Assembly: GCA_963816185.1 (NCBI GenBank)
Contig: CAWFJJ010000021.1
Span: 53,269 to 117,268, forward strand
Direction: 5' to 3'
Length of the DNA stretch: 64,000 bases
Source: Thermoanaerobaculia bacterium
GTDB lineage: Bacteria > Acidobacteriota > Thermoanaerobaculia > UBA5066
Shown: one piece after another, positions 58,247-64,000 of the stretch
Layout of the letters: the number at the start of each line of letters is the position of its first letter
Numbering within the stretch: position 1 is the first letter of the stretch
Position numbers and translations under genes: made by a program
Notes under the pieces: generated by a model
What the model was told of the DNA's origin: nothing
What the model saw: the letters and a program-made list of their open reading frames with translations, nothing else
Databases searched by the model: none

Positions 58247-60412
58247 ATGAGAGCGCGATCGCCTCTCGCGACCCCCGTTTCCCGCCGGAGCTTCATCCGC
58301 ACGTCCGCCGCGCTCGGCGGAGGCCTCGTCGTGGGGTTCTACGTGCCGGGCGCCGGCAAGCGGCTCTTCGCCCAGGCGGCCGCCCCGAAGCCGCTGCCGA
58401 ACCCGAACTCGTTCCTCAGGATCGGGTCCGACGAGAGCGTGACCGTCCTCCTCGCGCACTCCGAGATGGGGCAGGGGATCTGGACGACTCTTCCGATGCT
58501 CATCAACGAGGAGCTCGGCGCCGACTGGAAGCGGATCCGCGTGGAGCACGCGCCCGCGGCGCCCGCGTACGCGCACGCGCTCTTCGGCATTCAGATGACG
58601 GGCGGATCCTCGACGACGTACTCGGAGATGGACCGTTACCGCCAGGCGGGAGCCGCCGCGCGCATGCTGCTCGTCGCGGCCGCCGCGAAGCGCTGGGGCG
58701 TCACCGAGGACTCGTGCCGGGTCGAGAACGGCTGGGTCACAAGCGGCGCGAACCGGCTGAGCTTCGGTTCGCTCGCGGAGGAAGCCGCCGCGCTGCCGGC
58801 ACCCACCTCGGTGACCCTGAAGGAACCGTCCAAATGGACCGTGATCGGCAAGGACACGCGCCGCCTCGACACGCCCGAGAAGATCACGGGCAAGGCGATT
58901 TTCGGGCTGGACGTGAAGCTGCCTGATCTCGCCACGGCCGTCGTCGCCCGCCCGCCCGTCTTCGGCGGGACGATGAAGGGCTTCGACGACAACAAGGCGA
59001 AGGCCGTGCCGGGCGTGCGGGCCGTTTTCGCGGTTCCCTCCGGCGTCGCGGTCGTGGCGGACGATTTCTGGTCCGCGAAGAAGGGCCGCGACGCTCTGAC
59101 GGTGGACTGGGAGAAGGGGCCGAACGCGGCGCTCGAGAGCGCGAAGCTGCGCGAGGAGTACCTCGCCCTCTCGAAGACTCCCGGAAAGACTGCGAAGGCC
59201 GAAGGCGACGTCGCGGCGGCGTTCGATCGCGCCGCGAAGAAAGTGACCGCGACGTACACCGTCCCATACCTCGCGCACGCGCCCATGGAGCCGCTGAACT
59301 GCACCGTCAAAAGAACGCCCGGCGGTTGCGAGATCTGGACGGGCACGCAGTTCCAGACGGTGGACCAGGGCGCCACGTCGAAGATCCTCGGCATCGAGCC
59401 GAAGAACGTCCTGATCCACACGACGTTCCTCGGGGGCGGCTTCGGCCGGCGCGCGAACCCGACGTCGGATTTCGTCGCGGAGGCTGTGCACGTCGCGAAG
59501 GGCTTCGACCGGCCCGTCAAGCTCGTCTGGACGCGCGACGACGACATCCGCGGCGGCTATTACCGCCCGATGGCCGTGCACCGGATCGAGGGCGCGCTCG
59601 ACGCGGAGGGAAAGCCGACGGCCTGGCGGCAGCGGATCGTCTCGACGTCCATCCTGGAGGGGACGCCGTTCGCGGCGATGATGGTGAAGAACGGGATCGA
59701 CGAGACGTCGGTGGAGGGCGCGGCCGACTCGCCTTACGTCCTCGCGATCCCGAGCCACCTCGTGGAGCTCCACACGCCGAAGAAGAGCGTGCCCGTCCTG
59801 TGGTGGCGGTCGGTCGGGCACTCACACACCGCGTTCGCCGTGGAGTCGTTTCTCGACGAGATGGCGCACGCGGCCGGGAAGGATCCCCTCGCGTTCCGGC
59901 TCGCGCTCCTCTCGAAGGCGCCGCGCCTCCACGCCGCGCTGAAGCTCGCGGCCGAGAAAGCCGGCTGGGGCAAGCCGCTTCCGAAGGGCCACGGTCTCGG
60001 CCTCGCGGTCCACGAATCGTTCCAGAGCATCGTCGCCCAGGTGGCGGAAGTGACCGTCGAGAAGGGGCGGATCCGCGTGCCGCGGGTCGTGTGCGTCGTC
60101 GACTGCGGGACGGCCGTGAACCCTCTCGCCGTGCGGGCCCAGATGGAATCCGCGATCGCGTTCGGCCTCGGCGCGGCACTGAAGAGTCGGCTCACACTCA
60201 AAGAGGGACGCGTCGTCGAGAGCAACTTCCACGATTACGAGGTCCTGAGGATGTCGGAGATGCCGCACGTCGAGGTGCACATCCTGAATAGCCACGAGAA
60301 GACCGGCGGCGTCGGCGAGCCCGGGACGCCTCCGATCGCACCCGCCGTCGCGAACGCGGTCTTCGCGGCGACGGGGAAGAGGCTGCGCGACCTGCCGCTG
60401 AGGCTCGCATGA
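58247..60412 (+). CDS. Molybdopterin-binding subunit (IorB-like) with Tat signal
   Basis: SRRSFI Tat motif, SEMGQG, TGGS, GGGFGRR, WWRSVG, GGVGEPG. Confidence 0.95.
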   Translation: MRARSPLATPVSRRSFIRTSAALGGGLVVGFYVPGAGKRLFAQAAAPKPLPNPNSFLRIGSDESVTVLLAHSEMGQGIWTTLPMLINEELGADWKRIRVEHAPAAPAYAHALFGIQMTGGSSTTYSEMDRYRQAGAAARMLLVAAAAKRWGVTEDSCRVENGWVTSGANRLSFGSLAEEAAALPAPTSVTLKEPSKWTVIGKDTRRLDTPEKITGKAIFGLDVKLPDLATAVVARPPVFGGTMKGFDDNKAKAVPGVRAVFAVPSGVAVVADDFWSAKKGRDALTVDWEKGPNAALESAKLREEYLALSKTPGKTAKAEGDVAAAFDRAAKKVTATYTVPYLAHAPMEPLNCTVKRTPGGCEIWTGTQFQTVDQGATSKILGIEPKNVLIHTTFLGGGFGRRANPTSDFVAEAVHVAKGFDRPVKLVWTRDDDIRGGYYRPMAVHRIEGALDAEGKPTAWRQRIVSTSILEGTPFAAMMVKNGIDETSVEGAADSPYVLAIPSHLVELHTPKKSVPVLWWRSVGHSHTAFAVESFLDEMAHAAGKDPLAFRLALLSKAPRLHAALKLAAEKAGWGKPLPKGHGLGLAVHESFQSIVAQVAEVTVEKGRIRVPRVVCVVDCGTAVNPLAVRAQMESAIAFGLGAALKSRLTLKEGRVVESNFHDYEVLRMSEMPHVEVHILNSHEKTGGVGEPGTPPIAPAVANAVFAATGKRLRDLPLRLA

Positions 60413-61038
60413 GTGCCGTGCCGCGCGTCTTCGTGCTCCTCTCGTCCGGGGCCCTCGCCGCGATTCTTCCTTTCGCCGTGCGTGCGCCCGCCGCCGGAAA
60501 GGCCGCACCCGCGCGCGCCGAGGGGCTCGCCGCATTCGACACGGTCGCGAAGGTGCTCCAGCACCCGCGCTGCCGGAACTGCCACATCCCGGGCGACGCA
60601 CCTCTTCAGTTCGACGCCGGTCTCCCGCACGCGCAGAACGTGGTACGAGGACCGGGGGGATATGGAGTGCCGGGACTCCCGTGCGCGACGTGCCACGGCG
60701 CTGCGAACCCGCCCGCGAGTTACGGGCCGCACACGCCGCCCGGGGCGCCTGGCTGGGAGCTTCCACCGCCGGGCCTCGAGATGGTCTTCATCGGGCTCTC
60801 GGAAGGGGAGCTCTGCGAGCGCCTGAAGGACAAGTCCCGAAACGGCGGGCGCGACCTTTCGGCCCTGGTTCACCACATCGACGACAAGATCGTGCGCTGG
60901 GGCTGGGATCCGGGCGTCGGCCGTGCGCCGGTGCCGATTCCTTACGAGGAGTTCGTCGCGAAGTTCAAGACCTGGGCGGATGCCGGCGGCCCGTGCCCGG
61001 CGGTCACGAAGGCGAAGACCGCGAGCCTCGCGCCCTGA
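60409..61038 (+). CDS. Exported diheme c-type cytochrome subunit
   Basis: Signal peptide, CRNCH and CATCH; overlaps the molybdopterin subunit stop. Confidence 0.85.
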   Translation: MSAVPRVFVLLSSGALAAILPFAVRAPAAGKAAPARAEGLAAFDTVAKVLQHPRCRNCHIPGDAPLQFDAGLPHAQNVVRGPGGYGVPGLPCATCHGAANPPASYGPHTPPGAPGWELPPPGLEMVFIGLSEGELCERLKDKSRNGGRDLSALVHHIDDKIVRWGWDPGVGRAPVPIPYEEFVAKFKTWADAGGPCPAVTKAKTASLAP

Positions 61039-61044
61039 GGCAGA

Positions 61045-62022
61045 CTAAATCGACTCGAGGCCCCACAGGTCGTGCAGGTGGAGGATTCCCGCGGGAGCCC
61101 CCGCCCCGTCGAGGACGAAGAGCGACGTGATCTTCCGCTCTTCCATGAGGCGCAGCGCCTCGGCGGCGAATGCGCTTCCGACGATCGTCTTCGGGCTCCG
61201 GCTCATGGCATCCGCGGCCGTGTCCCCCATGATCTTCGGCCCGTCGCGCTCGAGCAGGCGGCGCAGGTCGCCGTCCGAGACGACGCCCACGAGCTTCCCG
61301 GCCGGGTCCGTGACGCCCGTGATGCCGAGGCGCTTGTGAGACATTTCGTAGACGACGTCCTTCATGGCCGCTCCCTGGGGAACGAGCGGAATCGCGTCGC
61401 CCGTGTGCATGAGGTCCGCGACCTTGAGAAAGCGCTTGCCGAGCTTGCCTCCCGGGTGGAGCGCGGCGAAGTCCTCCGGCTGGAACCCCTTCTCCACGGA
61501 CAGAGCCATCGCGAGCGCGTCGCCGAGGACGAGCTGGGCCGTCGTTGAGGCCGTGGGGGCGAGATTGAGCGGGCAGGCCTCCTCGCGGATGACGACGCGG
61601 ACCACGATGTCCGCGCCCTTGCCGAGCGTCGAGTCGCGACGGCCCGTCATCGCGATGAGCGTCGCCCCCCGGCGCTTGACGTGCGGGACGAGCGCGACAA
61701 CCTCTTCCGTTTCCCCCGAGTGCGACAGCGCGAGGACGACGTCGCCTTCGAGGATCATCCCGAGGTCGCCGTGGATCGCCTCGGACGGGTGCAGGAAGAA
61801 CGAGGCCGTACCGGTCGACGCGAGCGTCGCGGCGATCTTCTGGGCCACGATCCCGCTCTTGCCGATGCCCGTCACGACGACGCGGCAGGAGGTCGCCGCC
61901 GTCGCCTTCATCGCCGCCACGGCGCGGTCGAAGCCCTCGTCGAGGCCGGCGAGGAGGCCGCGCACGGCTTCCGCCTCGGTTTCGATCACGCGGCGCGCTT
62001 CCCGCCGTGCGGACGTGGTCAT
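61045..62022 (-). CDS. kdsD: Arabinose-5-phosphate isomerase (KdsD/GutQ; SIS + CBS)
   Basis: GIGKSG, STGT, HGDLG, EACP.NLAPTAST, HPGGKLG, CBS pair. Confidence 0.95.
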   Translation of the reverse strand: MTTSARREARRVIETEAEAVRGLLAGLDEGFDRAVAAMKATAATSCRVVVTGIGKSGIVAQKIAATLASTGTASFFLHPSEAIHGDLGMILEGDVVLALSHSGETEEVVALVPHVKRRGATLIAMTGRRDSTLGKGADIVVRVVIREEACPLNLAPTASTTAQLVLGDALAMALSVEKGFQPEDFAALHPGGKLGKRFLKVADLMHTGDAIPLVPQGAAMKDVVYEMSHKRLGITGVTDPAGKLVGVVSDGDLRRLLERDGPKIMGDTAADAMSRSPKTIVGSAFAAEALRLMEERKITSLFVLDGAGAPAGILHLHDLWGLESI

Positions 62023-62032
62023 GGGGCGGATC

Positions 62033-63952
62033 TTAGCGTCTGCCGCCGAGGAGGATCTCCTGCTTTCCCGTCGCGGGATCGAGGCGCACGAGGGCGCCGG
62101 AGGCGTCGAGGAAGAGCCTCGAGGCGGGAAGCCCGGCCTCGGCGGGCGGAAGGACGGGGGACCACGAGAATCGGTCTGCCGGGACTAGGCCATCCGCAAG
62201 ATGAGAGACCGCGCCCGTCACCACGTCCACGGCTGCGACCTCCCAGGAGCGTTCGTCATTGTTTCGAAAGGGACTTAGGGAAATGGCGACGCGCCGGGGC
62301 GCGACTTCGCCCCCGAGGGCGACCGCGCTCGCGGGGCCCAGCTCCACATGGCGCGAGGGTGTTCTCTCACCTTCTAAGAAGATCTTGAGAACTCCCCTCC
62401 CGCCCGCGACGCCGGCGACGGCCATGCGCCCGCCCGACAAGAAGCGCATTTCCGGTCTCTCGAGGTCCTCTGAGAGAGTGGCGAGGAGCGTGCCTGTCCG
62501 GCCGTCGTGGAGTGTGAGCCGTTTCTTTTCCCTTCCGACGAGATACCTCCCGTCCTCGCTCAGGTACAGGTAGGAGAAGTACTCGCGCTCGAGGTGGCCT
62601 GTCACGAGAGATTTCTTCGAGGGCAGGGAGATTTCGTCGATCTCGAGAGGTTCCGGCGGGCTGATCGTGAACGGGTATCGTCGAAGGACGTCCTCGCCGA
62701 CGAATGTAATGAGCCTCGTGGGTCTCCTTTCGACCCGAAGAGCCAAGACCTGTCGCGCGTGCGAGGGATTGGAGATGTCGTAGGCGGCGAGGTTTTGTCC
62801 GTCGAGGACTGCGAGCCGTCGGCCCGAGGGGGACAGCGCGAAATTCGCCCAGACGTTCGTTTCGATATCCGAAACGGCTACAGCGGGTTTGGTCGCGTCG
62901 AGAGCCGCAATCCGAACGGCGCCGGTCCTCGTCCATTCGAAGAATCCCGGATCCGCTTGGAAGAATGCCCCGCGGGTGCCATCGGCGGAGAAGGCAGTGG
63001 TCTGCAGTAACGAGTGCGGACGCTTGATGAACCGGCCCGAGGTCGTGTCATAGAGAAACATGCCCTCTGCGGAGCCGCGCGCGGGGACACGTCCGGAGAT
63101 GCTCACCCACGTGCCGTGCGGGGCCGCCTGAATGCTGTCGACCACGCTGAGGTCTTTCGGCGCCGCCGCGTTCACCCACCAGGCGAGGCCGGCAAGCGGA
63201 AGGGTGAGGAGAGCCACGACCCCCCAGAGCGTCGCCGAGAGCGCGCCGTGCGAGCGGCGCGCATCCGTGCGCCCGTCCGCTACCTGCACGTAGCTCGCAG
63301 CGAGGAGAATCGCAATCAGGGCGACAGGCAGCCACCAGAGAGCGCGCTCGGGCGAACGCCATTGCTCGTAGAAGCTCCAAAACCCGGAAAGGAAAAGACT
63401 TCGAAGGCAGAGTGTGATCGCGACGGCGAAGAACGCGGCAAGGACGAAGTCCAGAACGATCCATGCGGACTTCAGGCGCGCCATCGAGGCCACGACGTGC
63501 GCGAAGAGGAGCAGAAGGAGAATTCCTAGAATGGTCGAGACGAGTGGCTTTGGCGTGTCGAGGCGGACCGTCGCGAACGAGAACGCCCTGTTGCCTTCCA
63601 CGAAGAAAACCGGCGCCGCGGCGAGTAGAGCGCAACCGATGGAGATCAGGAGCGCGGCGAGTAGCTTTCCGGCCCAGATCGAGGCGGCGGGCAGAGGCCG
63701 GGAAAAGTAGAAGCTGAGGCGTTTTTCGGCGATGTCGCCGACGAGGATCGTCGCTCCGAAAACGAGCGGAAAAGCCACCGCGATCGTGATCGTCAGAAGG
63801 AGCATGGCCACGGACCGTGCGTCGTGCGCGTTTCCCCGCAAGGCGGGAAGGAGCGGAAATCCGAGCGGGAGGACCCCCGCGACGAATGCCCCGAGAAAGA
63901 GGAGCTTCCGCTCCGCGATCTCCCGCGCCGCGACGGCGAGAGTGCCTTTCAT
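62033..63952 (-). CDS. Membrane protein: ABC-2 permease-like N-terminus fused to a beta-propeller-like domain
   Basis: About 7 TM with FYFSRP...WAGKL permease-like motif, then FSADG/LSPSG/LSEDG repeats; coupled to an upstream ORF. Confidence 0.7.
   Translation of the reverse strand: MKGTLAVAAREIAERKLLFLGAFVAGVLPLGFPLLPALRGNAHDARSVAMLLLTITIAVAFPLVFGATILVGDIAEKRLSFYFSRPLPAASIWAGKLLAALLISIGCALLAAAPVFFVEGNRAFSFATVRLDTPKPLVSTILGILLLLLFAHVVASMARLKSAWIVLDFVLAAFFAVAITLCLRSLFLSGFWSFYEQWRSPERALWWLPVALIAILLAASYVQVADGRTDARRSHGALSATLWGVVALLTLPLAGLAWWVNAAAPKDLSVVDSIQAAPHGTWVSISGRVPARGSAEGMFLYDTTSGRFIKRPHSLLQTTAFSADGTRGAFFQADPGFFEWTRTGAVRIAALDATKPAVAVSDIETNVWANFALSPSGRRLAVLDGQNLAAYDISNPSHARQVLALRVERRPTRLITFVGEDVLRRYPFTISPPEPLEIDEISLPSKKSLVTGHLEREYFSYLYLSEDGRYLVGREKKRLTLHDGRTGTLLATLSEDLERPEMRFLSGGRMAVAGVAGGRGVLKIFLEGERTPSRHVELGPASAVALGGEVAPRRVAISLSPFRNNDERSWEVAAVDVVTGAVSHLADGLVPADRFSWSPVLPPAEAGLPASRLFLDASGALVRLDPATGKQEILLGGRR
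62370..62384 (-). repeat. Dispersed AT-rich motif copy
   Basis: GATCTTCTTAGAAGG followed by TGAGAG (minus); encodes KIFLEGE with a TTA codon. Confidence 0.75.
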
Positions 63953-64000
63953 GCAGTCCCCTTTGCTGAGGGAGACGCCTCTCCCACGACCGCGACGAAG
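63949..64000 (-). CDS. 3' end of an upstream gene, probably an ABC transporter ATP-binding protein (partial)
   Basis: ...FVAVVGEASPSAKGTA* with ATGA overlap; resembles the LEEIFVA tail of ABC-2 ATPases. Only 16 codons visible. Confidence 0.45.
   Translation of the reverse strand, partial: FVAVVGEASPSAKGTA

Overview
High-GC (roughly 68-70% by eye) chromosomal window from a diderm bacterium (lpxH, kdsC, kdsD). Tandem Ser/Thr kinases with TPR/PD40 tails and the S8 protease architecture suggest Acidobacteriota, possibly Thermoanaerobaculia (inference). It contains a kdp potassium locus, housekeeping genes (lpdA, pepE, cstA, rpiB, lpxH, aroA, thiL, lon, nrdR), several GT-C membrane glycosyltransferases, a giant sigma-54 activator and a molybdenum hydroxylase cluster lying between kdsD and kdsC. 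I found no rRNA, tRNA, CRISPR array or transposase. The two strongest unexplained signals are: (1) a ~1205-aa fusion of a class I/II PLP aminotransferase with an archaeal-type PEP carboxylase, which would link PEP->oxaloacetate->aspartate in one chain; and (2) an AT-rich DNA motif (about GAT(T/C)TCTT(A/G)GAA(A/G)G with purine-rich flanks) present at least 11 times inside unrelated genes, in both orientations and several reading frames, as expected of a DNA-uptake or nucleoid-protein signal. Also notable: a branched palindrome inserted in frame in a glycosyltransferase, a widespread leaderless-promoter layout, and a GT-C/GT2/YdjC amino-sugar modification operon. Three frameshifts (including thiL) probably reflect assembly errors.
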